Positions 8,847-17,500 of a stretch of DNA of 64,000 nucleotides are shown here, piece after piece. The DNA comes from Candidatus Aminicenantes bacterium (GTDB lineage Bacteria; Acidobacteriota; Aminicenantia; Aminicenantales; Saccharicenantaceae), in assembly GCA_034679465.1 (NCBI GenBank), contig JAXDAV010000010.1:1963-65962 (forward strand), read 5' to 3'. Within the stretch, counting starts at the first letter, position 1. Each line of letters opens with the position of its first letter. The translations under genes and the position numbers were made by a program. The notes beneath the pieces were generated by a model that was not told where the DNA came from, did not search any database, and saw only the letters and a list, made by a program, of their open reading frames with translations.

Positions 8847-10418
8847 TCAGTGCTTGTGCAGGTCCTTGTGCATGATCTGGCGGATCTCGTGGAGCCGGTC
8901 GTGGGCCGGCAGGCCCGCCAGCCGCCTGTTCATGAACTCGTCGTTCTCGGCCTCGAGCCTCCGGGCCGTGTAGTCGATGACGCTCGGCGGGAAGACCCCG
9001 CCGCGCTCGTAGAGTCCGCGCTTCTCGAGGAGGACTCGGGCGGACTCGACGCAGCTCGGCGGCAGGACGGGCAGGCGGTCGAGCAGGGCTTTGTCGGCGA
9101 AAATGTTGCCCTTGACGTAGAGCTTCTCGGCCAACTCGAGGGACTGCGAGCCCCCGGACAGGGACTCGCCGCCGTCGAAGGCCCACCCGGCGGCCATGGC
9201 GATCCCGGCCAGGGTCAGATGGATGATGGCGCTGCCGTCGGGGCTGCGGATCTCGACCGTCTGGCGGCCGCCCCGCTCGTCGACGAAATCGACCTTCTCG
9301 GCTGGGTTGACCCGCCGGGCCAGGCCCGCGGCGCCCGTCCAGCCGAGCGGCACCCGGATGAGGACGCTGCGGTTGAGGTCGCTCCAGCAGATCCGCGTCG
9401 GCGCCTCCTGGTTGGGGACGAGGCGCAGATAGGCCGACGAGACCGTGTTGCCGAAGGCGGTCAGGGAATCGGCGTATTCGCATAGGCCGCCGATGAGCTT
9501 GCGGGCCTCGACCGACAGGCCGCCGTCCGGGCCGCGCATGAGGTTCCGTCCGTCCCTGGCCAGCTCGAGGTGGAAGTGGAGGCCGCTGCCGGCGATGCCC
9601 TCCTCGAGCTTGGGCGTGAACGTGGCGATGGCGCCGTGGCGGAAGGCGGTATTGCGGATGATCCAGCGGCCGAGGACGAGGTCGTCGGCCGCCTCCTCGA
9701 TGGGCCGGGTCGCGAACTCGATCTCGAGCTGCTCGGCCAGGCGGCCGGCGATCTCGGGGAGGTCGCTCTTGACGGCGTCGATGACGCCGTTCTCACCGTG
9801 GGCGTATTTGACCGCTCCGGTCGCCCGGGCGATGTGGCGGACCATCTCGTGGAGGATGGGGCCGCTCTTGCTGAACGGGGCGGAGCCGTGGTAGCCCCGG
9901 CCGCCCTCGACCGGGTAGGAGCGGTCGGCGGGCATCGTGAGCAGGAAGAACTCGAGCTCGCCCATGGCCTTGAGCTCGAGCCCGGAGACCTTGCGGAACA
10001 GGGCCGCGGCCCGGGACAGGATGCCGTCGTAGGTGAAGGACGCGGGCGTGCCGTCCTGGGCCAGATAGCGGCAGACGAAGTCGAGACTGCCCTCGTCGAA
10101 CGGGTTGAAGAAGGCGGAGCGGTAGAGGGGGACGATGTAGAGGTCGGAGAGCCCCATGTCCACCATGCCCTTGAAGAGCGACGAGCCGTCGGCCCGCTCG
10201 CCCTCGGCCAGGACGGACTCGATGTGATAGCGGTCGGTCACCGGGACGGTGAGCTCCTTGAGCTTGCCGTCGATCGCCAGATAGTGGAACGTGACCCGCT
10301 CGATCCTCTCCGACTCGATGACCTTCAGGATGTCGGCCCGGTCGAAGTCCGCGGCCGGCTTGTCCAGGAGGATCGAAAGGGGGTTGCCCAGGGCATAACG
10401 CGGGGTCTTGATCGCCAT
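8847..10418 (-). CDS. glutamine synthetase family protein
   Basis: 523 aa. GS catalytic-domain motifs GELEFFLL, GSGLHFHLEL and NRSVLIRVP. Confidence 0.8.
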   Translation of the reverse strand: MAIKTPRYALGNPLSILLDKPAADFDRADILKVIESERIERVTFHYLAIDGKLKELTVPVTDRYHIESVLAEGERADGSSLFKGMVDMGLSDLYIVPLYRSAFFNPFDEGSLDFVCRYLAQDGTPASFTYDGILSRAAALFRKVSGLELKAMGELEFFLLTMPADRSYPVEGGRGYHGSAPFSKSGPILHEMVRHIARATGAVKYAHGENGVIDAVKSDLPEIAGRLAEQLEIEFATRPIEEAADDLVLGRWIIRNTAFRHGAIATFTPKLEEGIAGSGLHFHLELARDGRNLMRGPDGGLSVEARKLIGGLCEYADSLTAFGNTVSSAYLRLVPNQEAPTRICWSDLNRSVLIRVPLGWTGAAGLARRVNPAEKVDFVDERGGRQTVEIRSPDGSAIIHLTLAGIAMAAGWAFDGGESLSGGSQSLELAEKLYVKGNIFADKALLDRLPVLPPSCVESARVLLEKRGLYERGGVFPPSVIDYTARRLEAENDEFMNRRLAGLPAHDRLHEIRQIMHKDLHKH

Positions 10419-10431
10419 CGCGCCACTCTCC

Positions 10432-11802
10432 TTAGCGGTGCTCGTCCCCCGAGGGGGACGCGTAGAGCAGATAGGGCCGGCGGAGGGCGGCGAAGGCCTC
10501 GAGGCCGGGCCGGATGTTGGCCAGGATCGTCGCCACCGTCTCCCCGGCCTCGAGGGACTTGCGGACCGAGGCCGTGCCCATGACCTTGTCGAAGTACGTG
10601 GGATGGAAGGCGAACTCGTCGGGGCACATCTCCCGCACGGTCCTGAGGATGTGGAGGACGGTCGCGACGGAGCGGAAGGCCGCCCGGTCGGTCACATGGA
10701 CCTGGCAGCCGCCGCAGAGCTCGCCCTGGAACTTGGAGAACCAGGGGGTGAACCAGGCCTCGCGGAACCGGACCCCGGGCAGGTCCAGGGCGTTCAGCCG
10801 CGCGGCCAGCTCGTGGCCGTCGATCCAGGGGGCGCCGAACAGCTCGAAGGGCTTCGTCGTGCCCCGGCCCTCGGACATGTTCGTGCCCTCGATCGCCACC
10901 AGCCCGGGGTAGACGACGGCCGTCTCGAGCGTCGGCATGTTCGGCGACGGGATGACCCACGGGAGCCCGGTCTCGTCGAACCACATCGTCCGGACCCAGC
11001 CCTCCATGGGCACGACCGTGAGCCTGGCCGCGCGGGCCAGGAACTTGTCGTTGAACAGCTGGGCCAGCTCCCCGGCCGTCATGCCGTGGCGCAGGGGGAT
11101 GGGAAAGAGCCCGATGAAGGAGCTGAGCTCGGGGTATTCGAGGATGGCCCCTTCCAGGTCGACGCCGTTGACCGGCGCCGGGCGGTCGAGGACGATGAAA
11201 TCGAGGCCGGCCTCGGCCGCGGCCTGCATGGCGTAGGCCATCGTGGCGACGTAGGTGTAGACGCGCGTCCCGACGTCCTGGATGTCGAAGACCAAAACGT
11301 CGACGCCCGTGACCATGGCCGCTTCCGGGACCTTGCCGGTTTCCTGGGTGTCGAACGAGCGCATGTATTCGTCGATGTTCCTGAGCATGCCCGGGGCGGG
11401 CTTCTGCGACTGCCCGTAGAGGCTGAAGACCGGGAGCCCGTAGGCTTCGTCGTAATAGAACGGCACGTATTCGCCGGCCTGGGCGTTGCCCCGGACGCCG
11501 TGCTCGGGACCGTAGAGGGCGACGAGGTCGATCGCCGGGTTCGAGCGAAAGAGCTCGATGGTCGAGCGGAGGTCCGCTCCCGTCCCGGTCGGGTTCGTGA
11601 TCAGGCCGACCCGCTTGCCCTTGACGAGATCGAGGTGCTTGGCCAGGAAAACCTCGACCCCGGGCTTGACCCGGACCGCGGCGTCCGGGGCCGGCGCGGC
11701 CGGGCGCTTCTCCGGCCCGGCGCATCCGGCCACGAACAGACCCAGCCCCAGGACCAGGCCGAGCCCCTTCCCGATCGTCGGAGGTACCGGTCGTATGCTC
11801 AT
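10432..11802 (-). CDS. DUF1343/NamZ-like exo-beta-N-acetylmuramidase family lipoprotein
   Basis: 456 aa. Lipobox LFVAGC. GLITNPTG and VFDIQDVGTRVYTY motifs are typical of DUF1343. Confidence 0.75.
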   Translation of the reverse strand: MSIRPVPPTIGKGLGLVLGLGLFVAGCAGPEKRPAAPAPDAAVRVKPGVEVFLAKHLDLVKGKRVGLITNPTGTGADLRSTIELFRSNPAIDLVALYGPEHGVRGNAQAGEYVPFYYDEAYGLPVFSLYGQSQKPAPGMLRNIDEYMRSFDTQETGKVPEAAMVTGVDVLVFDIQDVGTRVYTYVATMAYAMQAAAEAGLDFIVLDRPAPVNGVDLEGAILEYPELSSFIGLFPIPLRHGMTAGELAQLFNDKFLARAARLTVVPMEGWVRTMWFDETGLPWVIPSPNMPTLETAVVYPGLVAIEGTNMSEGRGTTKPFELFGAPWIDGHELAARLNALDLPGVRFREAWFTPWFSKFQGELCGGCQVHVTDRAAFRSVATVLHILRTVREMCPDEFAFHPTYFDKVMGTASVRKSLEAGETVATILANIRPGLEAFAALRRPYLLYASPSGDEHR

Positions 11803-11877
11803 GCTCGTGTCCTTTCGCGCCGCTCGTTGCCGCCCGCTCAGGATAACAAGACCGGCGCGGCCGAGTCAAACCGGCTC

Positions 11878-11906
11878 TTGATTCCCCCCTGGGAAAAGAT
11901 TATAAA
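11878..11906 (+). promoter_or_regulatory. sigma70-like promoter of the phosphatase/kinase-like/TLC operon
   Basis: TTGATT (11878-11883), 17-nt spacer, TATAAA (11901-11906), 13 nt before the ATG at 11920. Confidence 0.4.
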
Positions 11907-11919
11907 GGAACGGGAAACA

Positions 11920-13773
11920 ATGCCTAGCCGCAGACACGGTCGTCGGGGGAAGCATCTGGTCTTCGGGGCCCTGGCCGCCCTGGCCTTGGCTCTCCTGGTC
12001 CGCCTCGCCCCGGCCGCCGAGATCCCCTTCGAATGGACGGGCGTCGACCGCGTCGTGGCCGTCGCCGACGTTCACGGCGACTATGAGCGGTTCGTCTACA
12101 TCCTCGCCCACCCCCAGGTGGGGCTCATCGACAACGACCTCCGCTGGATCGGCGGCCGGGCCCATCTCGTCCAGCTCGGCGACGTCGCGGACCGGGGCCC
12201 CCACGCCCGCCGGATCTTCGAGATGCTCATGCGCCTCGAGAAGGAGGCCGCGGCCGCCGGCGGGATGGTCCACGTGTTGCTCGGGAACCACGAGGAGATG
12301 AACATCACCGGGATCGCCCTGGACTACCCGGGCTACGTCCTCCCCGAGCAGTTCGTGTCTTTTCTGCCCGAGGACTTCCGGAGGGAGAAGGAGTTCGAGT
12401 ACGTCAGGTCGCTCCCGGCCGGGGACCGGAAGAGAGCCGAGGCCGAAGGCCTGGACATCTTCGCCGATTTCGGGTTGCACAATTTCTGGCGGAAGGTCAT
12501 CGAGGTCAAGGATCCCGACGCCCGCCGGGCCTACGTCCTGGGCTTCAACGAGGCCGTCGGCGACTGGCTCGTCCGGAAGAACGCCATCATCAGGATCAAC
12601 GGGGTCATCTATGTCCACGGCGGCGTCGGCGAAGGCCTCTCCCGATGGCCGCTGGGCGAGATCAACGCCGTCATGCGGGCCGAGCTCGAGTACTTCCAGG
12701 GCGTCGTGCGCGACCCGAAGCGGGCGTCCCAGGACTTCAAGCCGAGGCTCGTCTACGACCCCGAAAGCCCGCTCTGGTCCCGCGGCCTGGCCGAGAGCGG
12801 CCAGGCGACCCAGGCCGACGTCGACAGGATCCTGGCCAATCTGGGGGCCAAGGCCATGGTCGTCGGCCACAGCTTCTTCAGCTATCGGGGCGGCCGGAGC
12901 CAGGTCGTCTCGAAGGACCACGTGGCCCGCTTCGAGGACAAGGTCTGGGTCATGGACACGGGCATCTCCGGGAGCTACGGCGGCGTCCCGTCGGCCCTCA
13001 TCTACGAGAACGGCGGGTTTCGGCTCTGGGGCGAGAGCGAGGAGGTCGCGGCCCAGAGCGGCATCAGGCCGCCCCCCCTCAAACCGCTGACGCGCCGGGA
13101 GATGGAAACGTTCCTCCGCACGGCCTCGATCACCGGCCGCGGTCCCGGGCCGCCCGGGCGGACCGACGCCTGGCTCCTGACCATGGCCTCGGGGGACGTC
13201 GTCATCCCGGCCCTCTTCAAGTACATCGACCGCCGGCGGCCCGAGCCGCTTGCCGACAGCTACCGCTACGAGCTCGCCGCCTACGCCCTCAGCAAGTACC
13301 TCGACGTCGGCTTCGTCCCGCCGATCGTCGAACGGACCGTCGAGGGCGTCCCGGGGGCGGTCCAGGTCTTCGTCACCGACGCCATGTCGGAGGCGGAGCG
13401 CAAGGACAAGAGAGCCGAGCCGCCCGATCCCGGGGAATTCGACCGGGCCATGGCCGACCTCCTGGTCTTCCTGGGCCTGGCCTACGACGACTGCCACCGC
13501 GACGCGGACACCCTGATCAGCCTGGACACGGGCCGGGTCTACCGGGTCGATTTTTCCGAGGCCTTCGCGCCGGCGAAGGGCCTCCCCGCCCGCTGCCCCA
13601 TCCTCCGGTGCTCGAGCCTGCTCTACCGCAAGCTCCAGGGGTGGAACGACCGGACCGTCGCCGATTACGTGGGCCGGTACCTCAATCGGGAGGAGACCGC
13701 CGCGCTCAACGCGCGCCGGCGGGCGATCGTCCGGGCGATCAAGATCGCGGGGGAGAGGAACGTCCTGTTTTGA
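11920..13773 (+). CDS. exported PPP/calcineurin-like metallophosphatase fused to a divergent PI3/PI4-kinase-like domain
   Basis: The real start is ATG 11920, inside the 1121-aa track ORF. Signal peptide HLVFGALAALALALLVRLAPAAE. Phosphatase motifs ADVHGD, GDVADRG, GNHE, VHGG, VVGHS. The C-terminal ~230 aa are paralogous to the next two small proteins (IPALFKY, YELAAYALSKYLDVGFVPP, DDCHRDADTLI, RVDFSEAF, end NVLF). Confidence 0.75.
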   Translation: MPSRRHGRRGKHLVFGALAALALALLVRLAPAAEIPFEWTGVDRVVAVADVHGDYERFVYILAHPQVGLIDNDLRWIGGRAHLVQLGDVADRGPHARRIFEMLMRLEKEAAAAGGMVHVLLGNHEEMNITGIALDYPGYVLPEQFVSFLPEDFRREKEFEYVRSLPAGDRKRAEAEGLDIFADFGLHNFWRKVIEVKDPDARRAYVLGFNEAVGDWLVRKNAIIRINGVIYVHGGVGEGLSRWPLGEINAVMRAELEYFQGVVRDPKRASQDFKPRLVYDPESPLWSRGLAESGQATQADVDRILANLGAKAMVVGHSFFSYRGGRSQVVSKDHVARFEDKVWVMDTGISGSYGGVPSALIYENGGFRLWGESEEVAAQSGIRPPPLKPLTRREMETFLRTASITGRGPGPPGRTDAWLLTMASGDVVIPALFKYIDRRRPEPLADSYRYELAAYALSKYLDVGFVPPIVERTVEGVPGAVQVFVTDAMSEAERKDKRAEPPDPGEFDRAMADLLVFLGLAYDDCHRDADTLISLDTGRVYRVDFSEAFAPAKGLPARCPILRCSSLLYRKLQGWNDRTVADYVGRYLNREETAALNARRRAIVRAIKIAGERNVLF

Positions 13774-13799
13774 CGGCTGACGCGGGAAGGAGGGAGGCG

Positions 13800-15257
13800 A
13801 TGTCCAGACCGTCGGACGACCCGGCCGCCCTCCCGGGCGCGGCCCGCTATAATCTGGGCTACAGGTTCCTGCGGCTGTTCGCCGACATCCGGCCCGGAGA
13901 GGCGTCCAAGGCCCTGCTGCTGGCCCTGAACATCTTCCTCCTCCTCCTGGCCTATTACATCCTCAAGCCCCTGCGCGAGTCCCTGCTCCTCGTCGACAAG
14001 AGCTCCCCCGTCATCAAGAGCATGCTCGGCGGCGCCCAGGCCGTCCTGTTCGTCTTCGTCATCAAGGGCTTCAGCCGCCTGGCCTCCAAGGTCCCCCGCC
14101 ACACCCTGATCACCTGGACAACGTCCTTCTTCATCTCCAACCTGGTCGTGTTCTATGTCCTCCACGCCGGCGGCCTGGCCGTCAAGCCGATGGGCATCCT
14201 GTTCTTCATCTGGGTCGGGATCTTCAACTATTTCGTCATCGCCCAGTTCTGGGGCTTCGCCAACGACCTCTATGCCGACGAGGCCGGCAAGCGGACCTTC
14301 CCGCTCGTCGCCCTCGGCGCGACCCTGGGGGGCCTCATCGCCACCCTGCCGTTCATGAAGCGGCTCCGGGACGTCCTCGGCGGCCGTTGGGAATTCAAGC
14401 TCATGCTCATCGCGGGCCTCGTGCTCGCCCTCTGCATCGTCCTGGCCCGCCTCATCCACCGCCGCGACGTCCGCAAGACCCGCCTGGACCGGGAGAACGG
14501 CGTGGCCGGCGCCGAGGAGAAGGCCAAGGTCCAGGAACAGCCGCTCGAGGCCAGCGGCGGCTTCAGGCTCGTCTTCAAGAGCCGCTATCTCTTCCTCATC
14601 GCGCTCATGATCGGTCTCTACAATTTCGTCAACGCGACCGGGGAGTTCATCATCTCCACGGTCACGGTCGATCATTCGATCGAGGCCGCGGACACGGCGG
14701 CGGCCGCGCCGGCGGCCGGACAGAGCGAAGCGGACGCCCCGCTCCGGCAAACGGAGAGCAAGGCCATCCACAACGCCTTCATGGACTATCAGCTCCTGAC
14801 CAATCTGATCGCCCTCGTCATCCAGCTCCTCCTCGTCTCGAGGATCTTCAAGTGGGTCGGGGTCGGGGGGGCGCTCCTCTTCCTGCCCATCCTGGCCCTC
14901 GGCGGCTACGCGCTCATCTCGTTCGGGGCGACCGTCGTCCTGGTCCGCTGGGTCAAGGCCCTGGAGAACGGCACGGACTACTCCCTCCAGAACACGACCA
15001 AGGCGGCGCTGTTCCTGGTCACCCGGCGCGAGGAAAAGTACAAAGCCAAGGCGGCCATCGACACGTTCTTCGTCCGCGGCGGGGACACGCTCTCGGCCCT
15101 GGCCGTGCTCGTCGGGACGCAGATGCTGGGGCTCCGGATCGAGCGCTACGCGATCCTCAATGTCGCCGCGGTCGCCCTCCTTCTCGTCATCTGCGTCAGG
15201 ATCATCGCCGCCTACAAGAGGAGGAAGGAGCGGATGGACCGGGACGAAGGTCTATGA
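13800..15257 (+). CDS. TLC/Npt-like nucleotide (ATP/ADP translocase family) carrier
   Basis: ATG 13800 lies after GGAAGGAGGGAGG. 485 aa and polytopic. The N-terminal LLLALNIFLLLLAYYILKPLRESLLL matches the conserved first helix of TLC-type carriers. The 5' part of the 870-aa track ORF is an out-of-context extension. Confidence 0.65.
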   Translation: MSRPSDDPAALPGAARYNLGYRFLRLFADIRPGEASKALLLALNIFLLLLAYYILKPLRESLLLVDKSSPVIKSMLGGAQAVLFVFVIKGFSRLASKVPRHTLITWTTSFFISNLVVFYVLHAGGLAVKPMGILFFIWVGIFNYFVIAQFWGFANDLYADEAGKRTFPLVALGATLGGLIATLPFMKRLRDVLGGRWEFKLMLIAGLVLALCIVLARLIHRRDVRKTRLDRENGVAGAEEKAKVQEQPLEASGGFRLVFKSRYLFLIALMIGLYNFVNATGEFIISTVTVDHSIEAADTAAAAPAAGQSEADAPLRQTESKAIHNAFMDYQLLTNLIALVIQLLLVSRIFKWVGVGGALLFLPILALGGYALISFGATVVLVRWVKALENGTDYSLQNTTKAALFLVTRREEKYKAKAAIDTFFVRGGDTLSALAVLVGTQMLGLRIERYAILNVAAVALLLVICVRIIAAYKRRKERMDRDEGL

Positions 15258-15294
15258 TTCGGCCGGGCCGTTGGCCTTGAGGGGAGGACCACCC

Positions 15295-16131
15295 ATGAGA
15301 CGCATCCTGGCCTTCGTTGTCTCGGCCTTGGCTTTGGGGGCCGCGCCGCCCGCCGGGCTGGCCCAGTTCCTGCCCGAGGAGATCGCCCTGAGGCCGGCCC
15401 TGGAGGAGTTCCTCCTGACGGCCGAGATCGTCCGCTTCGAGGAGATCGGCGAGGGGGTGACCAAGCCCTACAAGCTCTTCCTCCGGAAGGACGGGGTCGA
15501 GCGCCCGGCCGCCTGGAAGGACCCGAAGGGCCTGCAGGGCGGGTTCCTCGAGGGCTGGCAGTACGAGATCGCCGCCTATCGCCTCGACAAGCTCATCGGC
15601 CTGAACATGGTCCCCCCGGCCGTCGAGCGCGAATTCCGGGGCAAGCCGGGGGCCCTCGTCCTCTGGGCCGAGTGCGAATACAGCCTGCTCAAGGTCATGG
15701 AGCGGGGCATCGAGATCCCCGAAGAGGCCGGGGACCGGACCGACAAGATGAAGTACCTGACCCGGGCCTGGGACAGCCTCATCGCCAACGAGGACCGGAC
15801 CCAGCAGAACGTCCTCTACACCGGGGACTGGCGGACGATCCTCATCGACCATTCCCGGGCCTTCCGCTGCGGCGGCAAGTTCTCCGAGAAGCTGATGTTC
15901 GGCCGCAACGGCATCCAGAAGACCGCCCAGGGGGCCCCGCTCGCCTTCCGCCGCCTGCCGCGCGGATTCGTCGAGAGGATCAGGGCCCTGACCGTCGGGA
16001 GCGTCCGCAAGGCCGTGGGCCAGACCCTCACCGACCGAGAGATCAAGGCCGTCATCGTCCGCCGCGACCTCCTGCTCAAGGAGATCGGCCGGATGATCGA
16101 AGAGCAGGGCGAAGAGGCGGTGCTCTATTGA
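15295..16131 (+). CDS. exported PI3/PI4-kinase-like (protein-kinase-like fold) domain protein
   Basis: Signal peptide MRRILAFVVSALALGAAPPAGLAQ. Motifs AAWKD (candidate Lys), YEIAAYRLDKLIGLNMVPP, IANEDRTQQNVL and ILIDHSRAF. It ends in AVLY. Confidence 0.6.
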   Translation: MRRILAFVVSALALGAAPPAGLAQFLPEEIALRPALEEFLLTAEIVRFEEIGEGVTKPYKLFLRKDGVERPAAWKDPKGLQGGFLEGWQYEIAAYRLDKLIGLNMVPPAVEREFRGKPGALVLWAECEYSLLKVMERGIEIPEEAGDRTDKMKYLTRAWDSLIANEDRTQQNVLYTGDWRTILIDHSRAFRCGGKFSEKLMFGRNGIQKTAQGAPLAFRRLPRGFVERIRALTVGSVRKAVGQTLTDREIKAVIVRRDLLLKEIGRMIEEQGEEAVLY

Positions 16132-16139
16132 AGGCCAAG

Positions 16140-17030
16140 ATGAAGGCGAAGACGGGAGCGGCGCTGGCGGTCCTCGCCGCGCTCCTGCCGCTCGGCGCCC
16201 TCCTTCTGGCCTGCGTCGACGCCGGCGGCCCCGCGGCCGGCGGCCCGGACGGACCGCCTCCCCTGCAGTTCCTCCCCGAGGAGATCGGGCGGCGGGCCGA
16301 GTGGGAGGAGTTCCTGTCCAAGGCCGAGATCCTCGAAAGAGAGAGCAGGCAGATCAGGGGGTCCGAGGCCGTGACCTCGCCCTGGGTCCTCATGCTCGAG
16401 CTCGGCGGGGTCAGGCACAGGGCCCTCTGGAAGAACGCGCAGGGCCGCATGGGCGGCTACTGGGAAGGCTGGGCCTACGAGGTGGCCGCCTACCGCCTCG
16501 ACAAGCACCTCGGGCTGGGCATGGTCCCCCCCACCGTCGAGCGCCGCTTCCGCGGCGACCGGGGGTCGTGCCAGTACTGGGTCGACGACACGATGTCGCT
16601 CAAGGACAAGGAGGCCAAGCGGATCAAGACGCCTCCGGCCAAGGTCCCGGGCTGGAACCGGGCGACCTACAAACAGCGGTTCTTCGACAACCTCATCGCC
16701 AACGAGGACCGGCACTCGAACCAGGTCCTGATCACCCAGGACTGGCGGATGATCCTCATCGATCACTCCCGGTCCTTCCGGACGGCGGGCAAGTTCGTCC
16801 GCGGCCTCATCTTCTCGGCCAAGAGCCCCGCGGGGCCGATGCTCATGAGCGAGCTGCCGCGCCCGCTCGTCGAGAAGCTCCGGGCCCTGGACGCCGCCGC
16901 GCTCAGGTCCGCGGTCGGCGAGTACCTCACCGGCGAGGAGATCGGCGCCGTCCTCGTCCGGCGGGAGCTCATCCTGGCGGAGATCGATCGGCTGGTGAGG
17001 GCCAACGGGGAGGACAAGGTCCTCTACTGA
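16140..17030 (+). CDS. PI3/PI4-kinase-like domain lipoprotein (paralog of 15295..16131)
   Basis: Lipoprotein signal MKAKTGAALAVLAALLPLGALLLAC. Motifs ALWKN, YEVAAYRLDKHLGLGMVPP, IANEDRHSNQVL and ILIDHSRSF. It ends in KVLY. Confidence 0.6.
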   Translation: MKAKTGAALAVLAALLPLGALLLACVDAGGPAAGGPDGPPPLQFLPEEIGRRAEWEEFLSKAEILERESRQIRGSEAVTSPWVLMLELGGVRHRALWKNAQGRMGGYWEGWAYEVAAYRLDKHLGLGMVPPTVERRFRGDRGSCQYWVDDTMSLKDKEAKRIKTPPAKVPGWNRATYKQRFFDNLIANEDRHSNQVLITQDWRMILIDHSRSFRTAGKFVRGLIFSAKSPAGPMLMSELPRPLVEKLRALDAAALRSAVGEYLTGEEIGAVLVRRELILAEIDRLVRANGEDKVLY

Positions 17031-17031
17031 T

Positions 17032-17049
17032 CAGCCCGGGCTATTCATA
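17032..17049. repeat. 18-nt fragment identical to the core of repeat element A1
   Basis: CAGCCCGGGCTATTCATA at 17032-17049 is identical to 36305-36322. It spans the convergent gap and the last 3 codons plus stop of the RsbW-like gene. Confidence 0.7.
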
Positions 17050-17478
17050 GGACGTGAGGGCAAGGTCCTTGCGGACCGTCAGGACGTTTTGCCCGTCCGT
17101 CCGCCGGTAGGTCAGCCCGTCCATCAGGGTCTTGTAGAAATAGACGCCCAGGCCGCCGGGGGTGCCGCGGCGCCGCTGGACCGTCAGGTCGGGGTCTTTT
17201 GTCCGGACCGGATCGAAGGGGACGCCCCGGTCCCGGACCTCGATGAAGAGCGATTCCCCGCTCCGCCAGATCCGCACGGCCATGTCGCCCGGCCGGCCCT
17301 GGGGATAGGCGTAGCGGACGATGTTGACGCAGATCTCGTGGAGGGCCAGCTCGATCTTGAACCGGTCCTGCTCGTCGAAGGGCAGGCCGGCGATGGCCTC
17401 CCGCAGGAAGCCCCGGAGGCGGTCGATCTCCTCGAGCCGGGCCGGGACGCGGAGCTCCTTGACCTCCGGCTCGCTCAC
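17041..17478 (-). CDS. RsbW/SpoIIAB-like anti-sigma regulatory kinase (HATPase_c)
   Basis: 145 aa. ELALHEICVNIVRYAY (N-box region), FIEVRDRGVPFD (G1) and GGLGVYFYKTLMD (G2). Confidence 0.8.
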   Translation of the reverse strand: MSEPEVKELRVPARLEEIDRLRGFLREAIAGLPFDEQDRFKIELALHEICVNIVRYAYPQGRPGDMAVRIWRSGESLFIEVRDRGVPFDPVRTKDPDLTVQRRRGTPGGLGVYFYKTLMDGLTYRRTDGQNVLTVRKDLALTSYE

Positions 17479-17500
17479 GCTCGTCCCCTGTCCCCGGCCC

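Noticed and set aside
10408-11919. 5' 500 codons of the 1121-aa plus-strand ORF
   Set aside because: This part is antisense to the NamZ-like gene and has no motifs. The recognisable protein begins at ATG 11920 with a signal peptide and has a promoter-like box just upstream.
12645-13799. 5' extension of the 870-aa ORF containing the TLC-like carrier
   Set aside because: It overlaps the phosphatase/kinase-like gene in another frame and is Arg/Pro/Gly-rich. A strong Shine-Dalgarno sequence and ATG at 13800 begin the membrane protein.
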